Shown here piece by piece: positions 30,978 through 41,835 of a stretch of 64,000 nucleotides of DNA. A program made the position numbers and the translations under genes. Where the stretch lies: the NCBI GenBank assembly GCA_037444405.1, contig JBBIML010000008.1:128001-192000 (forward strand). Direction: 5' to 3'. The stretch comes from Armatimonadota bacterium. GTDB lineage: Bacteria; Armatimonadota; Fimbriimonadia; Fimbriimonadales; GBS-DC. How positions within the stretch are numbered: position 1 is the stretch's first letter; each line of letters starts with the position of its first letter. Below the pieces are notes generated by a model. That model did no database searches, was not told where the DNA came from, and worked only from the letters and a program-made list of their open reading frames with translations.

Positions 30978-32147
30978 GTGATTGAAGGCACGCTCTGGCT
31001 GAAGGCGGGGCGCGAGAAGAAAATCCGCCATCTCTACCCGTGGGTTCAGCGTGGGGAGGTTGCGCGTGTGGACGGCTCGCCCACCGACGGTGGTCTGGTT
31101 CACCTGCGGGCGCACGATGGCAGCTGGCTCGGCATCGCCACCTACAACAGCCGCAGCCGATTCCCCGCCCGCATCCTGACCCTTCAGGATGAAGCCATCG
31201 ACACCACCTTCTTCGCCCGCCGATTACAACATGCCCTGCAACTGCGCCAGCGACTGATCAGCGACACCAACGCCTATCGCCTGCTGTTCGGCGAGGCGGA
31301 CGGCGTACCCGGACTGATTGTGGATCGATATGCAGACTATCTGATCGTGCAGGTACGCACGCTGGGCATGGAGCGTCTCAAACCACTCTGGCTCCCTGCG
31401 CTGATAGAGGTTCTCCAGCCTGCAGGCATACTGGAGCGCAGTGAGATGGAATCGCGCCAGGAGGAGGGACTAACGCCCTTCACGGGCATCCTGCACGGCG
31501 AAGTGCCAGAGCTGATCCCCATCACAGAAAGCGAGCTGCAGTTCCTTGTGCCCACGCGAAGCGGGCTGAAAACGGGCTTCTATCTGGATCAGCGCGAGAA
31601 TCGGCGGCAACTTGCGCGCATGGTTCAGCCAGATGAGCGTGTGCTGGACCTGTTCTGCTACACGGGCGCGTTCGCGCTCTACGCCGCACGAGCAGGCGCA
31701 CAAGCCATCGGCGTCGATATTCTGCCCGAAGCGATTGCGCTCGCCCGCCAGCACGCCGAAATGAACCATCTGCAGGCAGAGTGGGTGGTCGCAAACGCCT
31801 TCGAGTGGCTGCCGGCTGCTGCCGAGCGCAGCGAGCTGTTTGACTGGGTGATTCTGGACCCGCCTGCAATTGCCAAGCGGCGCGAGCAGCGCGAATCGCT
31901 GCGCTGGGCGCTCTGGAAACTGGTCTATCACGCGCTCCCCCTCCTGAAACCGAACGGGCGATTGCTGGTGTGCAGTTGTGCCTACGCGCTGGATTTGAGC
32001 CTGATGGTGGACACCGTCCGCCTCGCCGCGCACGACAGGCAGCGCCCGCTCTATCTGGAAGATGTCTCCTTCCAGTCGCCCGACCACCCCTTCCTGATGC
32101 AGTTCCCCGAAAGCCTTTACCTGAAATGCCTCTGGCTGCGAGTTTAA
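30978..32147 (+). CDS. RlmI-family SAM-dependent rRNA methyltransferase
   Basis: PUA-like N-terminus, GEADGVPGLIVDRY, KTGFYLDQREN, LDLFCYTG, ILDPP, ESLYLK. Confidence 0.88.
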   Translation: MIEGTLWLKAGREKKIRHLYPWVQRGEVARVDGSPTDGGLVHLRAHDGSWLGIATYNSRSRFPARILTLQDEAIDTTFFARRLQHALQLRQRLISDTNAYRLLFGEADGVPGLIVDRYADYLIVQVRTLGMERLKPLWLPALIEVLQPAGILERSEMESRQEEGLTPFTGILHGEVPELIPITESELQFLVPTRSGLKTGFYLDQRENRRQLARMVQPDERVLDLFCYTGAFALYAARAGAQAIGVDILPEAIALARQHAEMNHLQAEWVVANAFEWLPAAAERSELFDWVILDPPAIAKRREQRESLRWALWKLVYHALPLLKPNGRLLVCSCAYALDLSLMVDTVRLAAHDRQRPLYLEDVSFQSPDHPFLMQFPESLYLKCLWLRV

Positions 32148-32816
32148 TTAATCGCGTTTGACCAGTTGCCCATCGCGCAGCGAGTAGACCGTATCGCAAT
32201 AGCTGAGCATGAGGGGGTCATGGGTGACCAGCACAACGGCGCCCTCACCGCGATGTTGCGTCAGCAGTTCCAGCACCTGCAGACCCGTTTGCTGATCGAG
32301 CGCGGCGGTCGGCTCGTCGGCGAAGACGACCTCGGGTTCCATCAGCAGGGCGCGCGCCACACAAACGCGCTGTCGCTCGCCGCCAGAGAGCGCGGCGGGA
32401 TAGCGGTGCGCCAGCTCGCTCAAGCCGAGCGCCTCCAGCAGTTGATGCGCCCGCGCCGCCCACGCCCGCGAATCGGGCGCACTCACCAGCAGATTCTCCA
32501 GCACCGTCAGATAGCCCAGCAGATAGGGCTGCTGGAACACGAACCCGAAGCGCGTGCGCCGAATCGCGCTGCGCTCCGCATCGCTCATCGCCGCATAACT
32601 GCGACCCTGATAGGCGACCGTGCCCGCCGTCGGCATCTTCAGACCGCTCAGCAAATATAGCAGCGAACTCTTGCCCGAACCCGACGGACCCTCAATCCCC
32701 ACGAACTCGCCCCGATGCACGCGCAGCGACACCTCACGCACCGCATGCACCACACGCTTACCATCCCGATAGAGCAGGCTCGCCCCACGCGCTTCAATCA
32801 GAACCGGCTTATCCAC
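32148..32816 (-). CDS. ABC transporter ATP-binding protein (LolD/MacB-like)
   Basis: GPSGSGKS, LSGGERQR, FADEPTAALD, VTHD. Confidence 0.92.
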   Translation of the reverse strand: MDKPVLIEARGASLLYRDGKRVVHAVREVSLRVHRGEFVGIEGPSGSGKSSLLYLLSGLKMPTAGTVAYQGRSYAAMSDAERSAIRRTRFGFVFQQPYLLGYLTVLENLLVSAPDSRAWAARAHQLLEALGLSELAHRYPAALSGGERQRVCVARALLMEPEVVFADEPTAALDQQTGLQVLELLTQHRGEGAVVLVTHDPLMLSYCDTVYSLRDGQLVKRD

Positions 32817-32869
32817 CGAAAGGGTATAATACCCGCGCGTTGCAACGAACGCGGCAAGGAGGACGAACG

Positions 32870-33595
32870 ATGAGAAACGGTATTCGTGTGATGACGCTGA
32901 CGATGCTCAGCGCGATGCTGGTGGCGCTAACTGCCGCCCAGGAGGAGTACACCCTCAAACTCCAAGTGAAAGAGGGCGATGTCTTCAAGTACCGCTTCAC
33001 GATGGAAATCACCTTCGGGGACCAGTCCGCCGTATTCACGATGAACCTGACCAACAAGGTCATCAAGGTGGAGTCGAACGGCGATATCGTGTTCGAGGGC
33101 AGTTCCAGCGATGGAATGGTCAAGTTCGGCGAACAGGAGATGCCTGTTCCTGCCTCGCCCCCCACCAGAACCACTTTCAAGCCGAACGGCACACCCACCA
33201 AGGTTGAAGGCGGACGAAACCCGGAGAGCGAGATGCGGATGGCGCGTCTGAACAGCCTGCTGTTCCCCGATAAGGCGGTCAAGATTGGCGACAAGTGGAA
33301 CGGCGAGCTGAAGGGCGAAGGCAACCTCCCCACGCTCAAAGCCGAGTACGAGCTGGTCGCCAAAGAGAAGGTGGGTGATATAGAGGCGCTCAAAATCAAG
33401 TTCAACATCCAGGAGGTGGCGGCGCAGTCGGGCGAGTCGTCCACCATGAACACACCCACCACGATGAGTGGCTTTATCTGGATCGATCCGAAAACGGGCA
33501 TGCTGGTTCGCATGAACGGTTCGGTCAAGGGCATGCCGGCGGAGGGTGCGCCCATGCCGCTGGACGGCACACTGACGATGGAGCGCATCCCCTGA
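32870..33595 (+). CDS. Hypothetical secreted beta-rich protein
   Basis: Signal peptide, AAGGAGG RBS, strongly biased codons; resembles 10062..10796. Confidence 0.75.
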   Translation: MRNGIRVMTLTMLSAMLVALTAAQEEYTLKLQVKEGDVFKYRFTMEITFGDQSAVFTMNLTNKVIKVESNGDIVFEGSSSDGMVKFGEQEMPVPASPPTRTTFKPNGTPTKVEGGRNPESEMRMARLNSLLFPDKAVKIGDKWNGELKGEGNLPTLKAEYELVAKEKVGDIEALKIKFNIQEVAAQSGESSTMNTPTTMSGFIWIDPKTGMLVRMNGSVKGMPAEGAPMPLDGTLTMERIP

Positions 33596-33597
33596 TT

Positions 33598-33636
33598 CGC
33601 CCTCACCCCCTCTCCCACAGCGTGGGAGAGGGGGGC
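33598..33636. repeat. Family A REP-like hairpin
   Basis: CCCTCACCCCCTCTCCCAC-AGC-GTGGGAGAGGGGG; same stem as 5122-5148 with the loop in opposite orientation. Confidence 0.75.
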
Positions 33637-33641
33637 AAAAA

Positions 33642-34691
33642 ATGAGCTATCGAGTAGCGATTGTTGGTGCGACGGGCGCGGTGGGCATGGAACTGCTGCG
33701 GATTCTGGAGGAGCGGCGGTTCCCTGTTGATTCGTTGCGCCTGTTCGCGTCGGAGCGCTCAGCAGGACGGCAACTGCCCTTTCAGGGTGAGCCAATCCCT
33801 GTGGAGCCGCTATCCGCCGATGCGTTCAGAGGGGTCGATATCGCCTTCTTTTCGGCGGGCGCAGCGTGCAGTCGGTCCTTCGTACCGCTCGCGGTGCAGG
33901 CGGGCGCGCTGGTGATCGATAACTCCTCTGCCTTCCGCATGGAGCCGAACATCCCGCTCGTCATCCCCGAAATCAATGGCGAGGCGGCGCATCGGCATCA
34001 GGGCATTATCGCGAACCCGAACTGCTCCACCATTATCCTGCTGATGGCGCTGGCGCCCCTGCGACAGCTGAGCCGCATCCAACGGATTATTGTGTCCACC
34101 TATCAGGCGGCGAGCGGGGCAGGCGCCCGCGCCATGCAGGAACTGCTTGACGCAACCCGCGCCTACTTGCAGGGCGAGCCGTTCGAGCCGCAGGCGCTGC
34201 CCCACCCCTGCGCGTTCAATCTCTTCTCCCATAACTCACCCATTGGCGCCGATGGCTATAACGAGGAGGAGCGCAAGATTATTTTTGAGTCGCGCAAGAT
34301 TCTGAACGAGCCAGAGCTGGCAATCTCGGCGACCTGCGTCCGCGTGCCCGTGCTGCGAGCGCACAGCGAGAGCATCCATGTGGAGCTGGAGCATCGTCCG
34401 CCTCTCGAAGCCGTCTATGAAGCCTATCGTGCCTTCAGGGGTGTGCGTCTGGTGGACGACCGCGAGCGCAACCACTTCCCGATGCCCATCGAGGCAACAG
34501 GGCAGGACGAGGTGCTGGTCGGGCGACTGCGAGAGGATACCGCGCTTCCCAACGGGCTGGCGCTGTTCGCCTGCGGCGACCAGCTGCGCAAAGGGGCGGC
34601 ATTAAATGCCATTCAGATTGCAGAAATCGTCATGGGGCTATGCCCGCAAGGGGCAGTCCCAGCGTCGGTTCCCAGCCCATCAGCAGATTGA
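33642..34691 (+). CDS. asd: Aspartate-semialdehyde dehydrogenase
   Basis: VGATGAVG, IDNSSAFRM, IIANPNCST, STYQAASGAG, CVRVPV, DQLRKGAA. Confidence 0.96.
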   Translation: MSYRVAIVGATGAVGMELLRILEERRFPVDSLRLFASERSAGRQLPFQGEPIPVEPLSADAFRGVDIAFFSAGAACSRSFVPLAVQAGALVIDNSSAFRMEPNIPLVIPEINGEAAHRHQGIIANPNCSTIILLMALAPLRQLSRIQRIIVSTYQAASGAGARAMQELLDATRAYLQGEPFEPQALPHPCAFNLFSHNSPIGADGYNEEERKIIFESRKILNEPELAISATCVRVPVLRAHSESIHVELEHRPPLEAVYEAYRAFRGVRLVDDRERNHFPMPIEATGQDEVLVGRLREDTALPNGLALFACGDQLRKGAALNAIQIAEIVMGLCPQGAVPASVPSPSAD

Positions 34692-35688
34692 GATTCTGAA
34701 TCGCCTGACCTGCCGCACCCTTCACCAGATTGTCAATCACGCTGATAACCACCGCCATCTGCATACGGGCGTCGATGGTCAAGCCAATATCGCATCGATT
34801 GGAGCCATACACATGGCGGGTGGCGGGGAAATCGCCCAGCGGGCGCACCACCACAAACGGCTGATCGCCATAGAAGGTGGTGTAGAGCGTGTGCAGGTCA
34901 TTCAGAGCAACGGGATGCTTCAGTCGGGCGTACGCCGTGCAGAGAATGCCGCGCGTCATTGGCACCAGATGCGGCGTGAAGCGCACCCGCACCGGCTGAT
35001 GAGCGACGCCGCTTAGCGTCTGCTCGATCTCGGGCGTGTGGCGATGGCGCTCCACACCGTACGCCTTGAAGTTCTCGTCCAGCTCCGTATAGAGATAGTC
35101 CACGCTAACGCGCGAGCGTCCCGCGCCCGATACGCCCGACTTCGCATCGATAACGATGCAGTCGGCGTCCGCCAGCCGCGCATGCAAAAGCGGCGCAAGT
35201 GCCAGTGCGCTCGCCGTCGGGTAGCAACCGGGGTTCGCAATCAGTGGGGTATAGCGATAGGCGTCCGGTGGGGTGAGTTCAGGCAGTCCGTAGAGCGCCT
35301 CCCGCAACAGCTCAGGTGCGCGATGCGGTATGCCGTACCACTCCTGAAACAGTGCGGGATCGCGCAGGCGGAAATCGGCGGAGAGGTCGATCACGCGCAC
35401 GCCTTTTTTGAGCAGTGCGGGCGCATGCTCCATCGCGAAGCCCGTCTCGCCCGCCAGGAACACCACCTCACAACTGCTCGCCAGCTGATCGGGGTCGAAC
35501 GCGCTCAGCGGGGGCAGTTTGAGTCCGTTCAGGTGAGGCAGGACCTGTGCCAGCGGCTTGCCCGCCTCCGAGCGCGAGACGAGCGCGCTGATGCGCGCGC
35601 GCGAATGACCGCTCAACAGGCGCACCAACTCCGCGCCTGTGTAGCCCGTCGCGCCCACAATCCCAACGGCAACGCACGATTCGCTCAT
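34630..35688 (-). CDS. argC: N-acetyl-gamma-glutamyl-phosphate reductase
   Basis: [48 protein letters not shown]. Confidence 0.96.
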   Translation of the reverse strand: MSESCVAVGIVGATGYTGAELVRLLSGHSRARISALVSRSEAGKPLAQVLPHLNGLKLPPLSAFDPDQLASSCEVVFLAGETGFAMEHAPALLKKGVRVIDLSADFRLRDPALFQEWYGIPHRAPELLREALYGLPELTPPDAYRYTPLIANPGCYPTASALALAPLLHARLADADCIVIDAKSGVSGAGRSRVSVDYLYTELDENFKAYGVERHRHTPEIEQTLSGVAHQPVRVRFTPHLVPMTRGILCTAYARLKHPVALNDLHTLYTTFYGDQPFVVVRPLGDFPATRHVYGSNRCDIGLTIDARMQMAVVISVIDNLVKGAAGQAIQNLNLLMGWEPTLGLPLAGIAP

Positions 35689-36110
35689 TCAATCAGCTCC
35701 TCCGGGCGGAACCAGAGGTTAATTTCGTACTCGGCGGCTTCGGGGTCCGAGGAGCCGTGGATGATGTTACGCTCGATGTCCAGCCCGAAGTCGCCCCGAA
35801 TGGTGCCCGGCGCCGCGTTCAGCGGGTTAGTCGCGCCCATCATCTGGCGCACCGTCTCGATGGCGTTCGGGCACTCCAGCACCATCGCGACCACCGGTCC
35901 CGAGGTGATGAAGTTCACCACGCTCTCAAAGAAGGGTTTCTCACGATGGACGGCATAGTGGCGTTCCGCCAGTTCGCGCGTGGGACGGAGCATTTTGAGT
36001 CCCACGATGCGGATGCCGCGCCGCTCGAAGCGGGCGATAATCTCGCCCACCAGCCCGCGCTGAACACCATCCGGCTTCACAAAGACCAGCGTTCGTGTCG
36101 GGGTTCCCAT
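35685..36110 (-). CDS. ndk: Nucleoside diphosphate kinase
   Basis: [29 protein letters not shown]. Confidence 0.97.
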   Translation of the reverse strand: MGTPTRTLVFVKPDGVQRGLVGEIIARFERRGIRIVGLKMLRPTRELAERHYAVHREKPFFESVVNFITSGPVVAMVLECPNAIETVRQMMGATNPLNAAPGTIRGDFGLDIERNIIHGSSDPEAAEYEINLWFRPEELIE

Positions 36111-36198
36111 CTTGCCTCAGGGAGAGTATACCCCCAATTGGATGCGCAGGGGCGCACCCTTGCCTGATGCTCCATCAACGGTATAATTAAAGGGCAAA

Positions 36199-37524
36199 AT
36201 GGCAACACGGGGCTGGCTGAAGGCAGGGTTGCTGACGGGATTGAGCCTGATTGGACTGGCACTGGGAGTGTCGCTGTGGCGGCTAAGCCCTCATGCGCCG
36301 TTCTCTCCCCATTTCTATCTGATGAACCTCTCGCTCAGGGGCGTGCGACCCGCTCAGCTCACGGACTGGCTGAACCAGCTCCAGAATCGGCTGAGCGAGA
36401 TGCCTGTGCGGGCGGAGCCGATGCCCCAGGCGGTCAGCCCTCTGCGCGAGTGGGGCGTTCAGCTCGACATCCCGCGCACGCGCGAGGCGATCCTGCAGGC
36501 GTGGGCGAAGGTTCCCCTCTGGCAACGGCTGCTGGGCAGCGCCCGCGCTCGCATCACCCCCCACTGGCAGGTGGATGAGCCGCTCTTCCAGCAGCGCTTG
36601 CAGGCATTTAAGGGGCTGGAGCGTCCGCCCCGCGACGCCCGCATCCGCTATCGACAGGGCACAATCGAAATCGTGCCCGAACAGATGGGGCTGAAACTCT
36701 CGATAGAGGGCAGTCGGCAGAATCTCTTGCAGGCGTGCCAGCAGGCGAACCTCGCCGACGAGTCGGCGGAGGGCATCGTGTTCCCGCTCGCGCTGGAGCC
36801 TGTCCCGCCACGCCTCACCCGCGAGCAGCTGCAACCCATTCAGGGCGTGATCGGGGCGTACACCACGCGCTTTCCGGGCTATCAGGTGAATCGCAACCAC
36901 AACATTCGACTGGCGGCGACGGCATTAGATGGGCGCGTGCTGCTGCCGGGCGAGCGGCTCTCCTTCAACGCGGCGGTCGGACGGCGCACGCTTCAGCAGG
37001 GCTTCCGCCTCGCGCCGATTCTGGTGCGCGGACAGAAGCGGCTGGGCGTCGGCGGCGGCATCTGTCAGGTCTCCTCCACCCTGTTCAACGCCGCGCTGTT
37101 AGCCGACCTGAAGATTGTCAAACGCACGAATCACGGCATCCCCGTGCCCTATGTGCCGCTGGGGCGCGATGCGACCGTCACCGACACGGGGCTAGATCTG
37201 GTGATAGAGAACCCTCTGCCGACGCCCGTGGCGATTACCACCGAGCTGGGGCGTTCATCCATCACGGTGCGGGTGCTGGGTGTGCCGATGGAGGGTCGGC
37301 AGGTACGCCTGCAGACCCAGTGGTTGCGTTCGAAAGGGCGTCGCGTCGCCCTCTGGCGACTGGTGTACGAGAACGGGGCACTCATCCGCCGCGAGCGCGT
37401 GGCAATCAGCAGTTATCGTTCACCACAACCGCCCGACCAGACGCCTCAAAAGCCCTCTCGCGTCGAGCAGCCAGCGCCCGCAAGGGCTGACGAGTCCGCC
37501 ACCGAATCGGTTAGCCAGCCGTGA
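36199..37524 (+). CDS. VanW-family protein
   Basis: [40 protein letters not shown]. Confidence 0.9.
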   Translation: MATRGWLKAGLLTGLSLIGLALGVSLWRLSPHAPFSPHFYLMNLSLRGVRPAQLTDWLNQLQNRLSEMPVRAEPMPQAVSPLREWGVQLDIPRTREAILQAWAKVPLWQRLLGSARARITPHWQVDEPLFQQRLQAFKGLERPPRDARIRYRQGTIEIVPEQMGLKLSIEGSRQNLLQACQQANLADESAEGIVFPLALEPVPPRLTREQLQPIQGVIGAYTTRFPGYQVNRNHNIRLAATALDGRVLLPGERLSFNAAVGRRTLQQGFRLAPILVRGQKRLGVGGGICQVSSTLFNAALLADLKIVKRTNHGIPVPYVPLGRDATVTDTGLDLVIENPLPTPVAITTELGRSSITVRVLGVPMEGRQVRLQTQWLRSKGRRVALWRLVYENGALIRRERVAISSYRSPQPPDQTPQKPSRVEQPAPARADESATESVSQP

Positions 37525-38590
37525 GCTGAGCTTTGCTCAGCTGCTCCATCCGTTCGCGGGCTTTGCGTTCGATGTTGCGCCAGATGCCGCGCAGTCCCAT
37601 CGCCTGCTTCATCGCGTCCAGCGTCTCCTCACCGAGCTGGCGCACCTTGAGCGTGCCGGTGTAGATAATCTCTTCGACCAGCCCGCGCTCTTTCGCGAAC
37701 TGGGCACGCCGCTCCCGAATCGGGTCCAAAAAGGCGTTGAGGGCGCGTGCCAGCTTCTCCTTGACCTCCACATCGCCCACGCGACCCGTGCGATACCGCT
37801 CCTTCAGGTCCTCCACTTCCTCTTTGTTCGGATTGAAGATGTCGTGATAGATGAACACGGGGTTGCCCTCCACCGTGCCCGGAATATGCGCATGGATGCG
37901 TTTGGGGTCAGTATACATCTGGCGCACCTTCTTCTCCACTGTTCTGGGGTCGTCCGAGAGGAAAATCGCGTTATTGAGGCTCTTGCTCATTTTGGCTTTG
38001 CCGTCGATGCCCACCAGCGTCGGCACCTCGCTGAGCATCACTTCCGGGATGGGGAACACCTCGCCGTAGAGCGCGTTGAATCGGCGGGCGATTTCGCGTG
38101 TGACTTCCACATGCGCCTCGTTGTCCTTGCCGACGGGCACCAGATGCGCGCGGGGCATCAGAATATCGGCAGCCTGCAACACGGGATAGCCGACCAGCCC
38201 GAACGGTAGCGCCTCCTCGTCGATGTGCGCCGCGCGTGCCATCTCCTTCAGGCTGGGCAGGCGCGTCAGACGCGGCAGGGTCACCAGCATCTCAAAAATC
38301 AGGTTCATCTCATACACCGCATGCACCGCCGACTGCAGGTAGATGGTGGACTTGCTCGGATCGATGCCGACCGCCAGATAGTCCAGCACCATCTCGCGGA
38401 TGTTCTCGCGCATCTCCTCGATATCCTCGCGTGTGGGGCGCGTGGTCAGCATGTGCAGGTCGGCAATCAGGAAATAGCAATCGTACTCGTCCTGCAGTTT
38501 GACCCGATTCTGCAGGGAGCCGACATAGTGCCCCAGATGCAGTTTGCCCGTCGGTCGATCGCCTGTGAGAACCCGTTTGCGCTCGCTCAT
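37511..38590 (-). CDS. trpS: Tryptophanyl-tRNA synthetase
   Basis: [33 protein letters not shown]. Confidence 0.96.
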   Translation of the reverse strand: MSERKRVLTGDRPTGKLHLGHYVGSLQNRVKLQDEYDCYFLIADLHMLTTRPTREDIEEMRENIREMVLDYLAVGIDPSKSTIYLQSAVHAVYEMNLIFEMLVTLPRLTRLPSLKEMARAAHIDEEALPFGLVGYPVLQAADILMPRAHLVPVGKDNEAHVEVTREIARRFNALYGEVFPIPEVMLSEVPTLVGIDGKAKMSKSLNNAIFLSDDPRTVEKKVRQMYTDPKRIHAHIPGTVEGNPVFIYHDIFNPNKEEVEDLKERYRTGRVGDVEVKEKLARALNAFLDPIRERRAQFAKERGLVEEIIYTGTLKVRQLGEETLDAMKQAMGLRGIWRNIERKARERMEQLSKAQLTAG

Positions 38591-38651
38591 CAAATGGGAT
38601 TATACCAGATTCTCGGTTCCGCGCGGGGTATACTCCAGCAGGAGGCGGACG

Positions 38652-39830
38652 ATGAGTGAGGCGTTGATTGTGGCGGCGGTGCGCACGCCGATTGGCAAGG
38701 CGCCGCGCGGGAGCCTGCGCCATACCCGACCGGATGAGCTGGCGGCGATAGCGATTCGCGCGGTGCTGGAGCGTGTGCCCGCACTGGAACCGGCGGAAGT
38801 GGACGATGTGATTTTCGGCTGTGCCACGCCCGAAGGCGAATCGGGCATGAACATCGCGCGGGTCGCTGCGCTGCGAGCGGGATTGCCCACCACTGTTCCG
38901 GGCGCGACGGTGAACCGTTTCTGCGCGTCGGGGCTGGAAGCGGTCGCGCTGGCAGCCGCCCGCATCCGCACGGGCGACGCCGATGTGATGATTGCTGGCG
39001 GCGTGGAGAGCATGAGCCGCGTGCCGTTTCTGGACATCCGTACCCATCCGAACCCCGCGCTGATGGTTTCCGCGCCCGACACCTATCTCAATATGGGGCT
39101 GAGCGTGGAGCAGCTGGCGAAAAAGTTCGGTATCACGCGCGAGCAAGCCGACGAGTTCGCCCTACAAAGCCACCAGAAAGCCGTCGCCGCGCAGGATTCG
39201 GGCAAGTTCAAAGACGAGATCGCCCCCGTGCAAACGGCATTACAGGAGGTCGATAAAAACGGTCGCCCCGTTACCATCCCCATCAGTCTGGAGCAGGACG
39301 AGGGACCCCGCCGCGACACGAGTCTGGACGCGCTGGCGAAGTTGAAGCCGGCGTTCCATCCGCAGGGCGTTATCACGGCGGGCAACGCCTCGCAGCGCAG
39401 CGATGGCGCGGCAGCCGTGCTGTTGATGAGCGAGCGCAGGGCACAGCAGCTGGGCATCCAGCCGCTGGCACGCTTCGTGGGCTACGCTGTTACAGCCGTC
39501 GAGCCTGCCGACTTCGGTATCGCGCCCGCCTACGCCATCCCCAGACTGCTCCAGCGATATAACCTGCGCATCGAGGACATCGACCGAATCGAGTTCAACG
39601 AGGCGTTCGCGGCGCAGGTGCTATCGGCAAACGCGGTCTATCCGCTGCCGATGGAGCGCGTGAATGTGCTGGGCGGCGCGATTGCGCTGGGGCACCCGCT
39701 CGGCTGCACGGGCGCTCGCCAGGTCGCCACCATCCTGTACGAGCTGCAGCGCACAGGCGGACGCTACGGGCTGATCACCATGTGCGCCGCGCTCGGCATG
39801 GGCGCCGCAGGGCTGATTGAACGGGTATAA
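38652..39830 (+). CDS. Thiolase (acetyl-CoA C-acyltransferase)
   Basis: NRFCASG, GGVESMS, NEAFAAQ, GAIALGHPLGCTG, TMCAALGMG. Confidence 0.93.
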   Translation: MSEALIVAAVRTPIGKAPRGSLRHTRPDELAAIAIRAVLERVPALEPAEVDDVIFGCATPEGESGMNIARVAALRAGLPTTVPGATVNRFCASGLEAVALAAARIRTGDADVMIAGGVESMSRVPFLDIRTHPNPALMVSAPDTYLNMGLSVEQLAKKFGITREQADEFALQSHQKAVAAQDSGKFKDEIAPVQTALQEVDKNGRPVTIPISLEQDEGPRRDTSLDALAKLKPAFHPQGVITAGNASQRSDGAAAVLLMSERRAQQLGIQPLARFVGYAVTAVEPADFGIAPAYAIPRLLQRYNLRIEDIDRIEFNEAFAAQVLSANAVYPLPMERVNVLGGAIALGHPLGCTGARQVATILYELQRTGGRYGLITMCAALGMGAAGLIERV

Positions 39831-39849
39831 TCTGAACGGAGGTCTGGCA

Positions 39850-41829
39850 ATGAAGCCCGCAACAATCGAAACTGGCACATTACCGAAACTGGAGCTATTG
39901 CGCATCATGCTGCTCGCGCGGGAAGGCGACCGGCGCGAGGGCATTTTAATGCGGCAGGGCAAGGGCTGGTTCCAGGTGCCCGCTATGGGGCACGAGGCGC
40001 TGGCGGCGATTATGTACCACCTGCGCCCTGATGACATCATCTTCCCGACCTATCGCGACCGTGCGATGATGCTGGCGCGCGGAATAACGCCCTATCAGAT
40101 GGCGCTCGATTTTCTGGCGCGCACGGGCTCCAGCTCCGAAGGGCGCAATATGCCCGCCCACTACACCTCGAAAGCGCTCAATGTGTTCGGTTTTGCCACC
40201 CCCACGGGTTCCCAGTGCCTGCCCGCTGCAGGCGCCGCATGGGGCGTCAAGATGGCAGGCGGTGACCGCGTGGTGCTGTGCAACATCGGCGACGCCGCCT
40301 GCCGCCAGGGCGAGTTCTATGAAGCCGTCTGCTTTGCCATTCAGGAGAAGTTGCCGATTGTGTTCGTGGTGGAGGACAACCAGTACGGCATCAGCACACC
40401 CACGCGCCGTATGCTGCCGATGCGCCTGCAGGTGTTCGACGAGCGCTGGGTGATGTTTGTCAATGGACGCGATCCGATAGAGGTATACGAGAAGAGCGGT
40501 GAAGCCATTCGCCGCGCCCGACGGGGCGAGGGACCGACCATCCTCTGGTGCGAGCTGGATCGGCTTAGCCCGCACACCAGCGCGGACGACCACCGCGTCT
40601 ATCGACCCGCCGAAGAGATTGAGGCGATGTTCCAGCGCGACCCGATCAAGCTCTTCGCGGAACGGTTGATCGCTGAAGGCATTCTGACCGAAGCCCAGTA
40701 CCAGCAGCTGCAGGACGAAATCGCTCGCGAGATCGATCGGGTTTACCAGCAGGCGGAGCGAGTGCCCCTGCCCGATCCCGCGCGCGTGATGGAGCATCTG
40801 TACGGCGAACCCGTGCAGAGCTATCGCCCGATGCCGCTGGAACCCGAATCGGAGCCGACCACGATGGTCGCCGCCATCAATCGCACCCTGCACGCCGCGC
40901 TGGAGACCTTTCCTGAAGTTATTCTGTTCGGCGAAGATATCGAAGACCCGAAAGGCGGCGTGTTCGGCTTCACCAAAGGGCTGAGTTCGCGTTTCCCCGG
41001 GCGCGTGGTCAACTCCCCGCTGGCAGAGGCGACGATTGTGGGCACCGCTGTCGGACTGGCAGCGTTCGGCTACCGACCCGTGTTCGAAATCCAGTTCATC
41101 GACTTCATCACGCCGGGCTTCCATCAACTCGTGACGCAGGTTGCAACGCTGCGCTGGCGCACGAACGGCGAATGGAGCTGCCCGCTGGTGATTTATGCGC
41201 CGTATGGCGCCTATCTGCCCGCAGGCGGTCCGTGGCACAGCCAGAGCAACGACGGCTGGTGGGCGCACATTCCGGGACTGCGCGTCGCCATTCCCAGCAC
41301 GCCTGAAGATGTCGCCGGGCTGTTCTGGGCTGCCATCCAGGACCCCGACCCCTCGCTGATACTGATCCCCAAGCACATCTTCCGCGTGCGCCATCCCGTG
41401 CGCGAATACAAACCGCTGCCCTTCGGCAAAGCTGCCATTCGGCGCACGGGCAAAGATGTAACGGTGGTGGCGTGGGGCAACACACTGGAGCTGGCGGAAC
41501 AGGCTGCCGAACAGCTCGCGCCCGAAGGCATCGAGCTGGAGATTATCGACCTGCGCACGCTCGTGCCCTGCGACTGGGAGACCATCGAAGCGTCGCTGCG
41601 CAAAACGGGGCGACTGGTGGTCATCCATGAGGACAGTCGCACCTGCGGCTTCGGACAGGCAATCATCAGCGAGATGACCAGCGTTCCGGAGCGGTTCAAC
41701 CTGCTGCTCTCGCCGCCCCAGCTGGTCGCCCGCTACGATGTGCATATCCCCTACTGTCCGGAGCTGGAGTATGCCGTGCTACCCGATCTCAAGCGGGTGC
41801 TGCAGGCAATCTACACAGTGATGGAGTGA
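39850..41829 (+). CDS. 2-oxoacid dehydrogenase E1, fused alpha and beta subunits
   Basis: GHEA, YRDRA, IGDAA TPP motif, DNQYGIS, NSPLAEATIVG, FEIQFIDF, IDLRTL. Confidence 0.9.
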   Translation: MKPATIETGTLPKLELLRIMLLAREGDRREGILMRQGKGWFQVPAMGHEALAAIMYHLRPDDIIFPTYRDRAMMLARGITPYQMALDFLARTGSSSEGRNMPAHYTSKALNVFGFATPTGSQCLPAAGAAWGVKMAGGDRVVLCNIGDAACRQGEFYEAVCFAIQEKLPIVFVVEDNQYGISTPTRRMLPMRLQVFDERWVMFVNGRDPIEVYEKSGEAIRRARRGEGPTILWCELDRLSPHTSADDHRVYRPAEEIEAMFQRDPIKLFAERLIAEGILTEAQYQQLQDEIAREIDRVYQQAERVPLPDPARVMEHLYGEPVQSYRPMPLEPESEPTTMVAAINRTLHAALETFPEVILFGEDIEDPKGGVFGFTKGLSSRFPGRVVNSPLAEATIVGTAVGLAAFGYRPVFEIQFIDFITPGFHQLVTQVATLRWRTNGEWSCPLVIYAPYGAYLPAGGPWHSQSNDGWWAHIPGLRVAIPSTPEDVAGLFWAAIQDPDPSLILIPKHIFRVRHPVREYKPLPFGKAAIRRTGKDVTVVAWGNTLELAEQAAEQLAPEGIELEIIDLRTLVPCDWETIEASLRKTGRLVVIHEDSRTCGFGQAIISEMTSVPERFNLLLSPPQLVARYDVHIPYCPELEYAVLPDLKRVLQAIYTVME

Positions 41830-41835
41830 GGTTGC

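Noticed and set aside
34630..34691. 62 bp 3' overlap of asd and argC
   Set aside because: Most simply a stop-codon extension of asd with a non-conserved tail; similar tail overlaps occur at other convergent pairs here.
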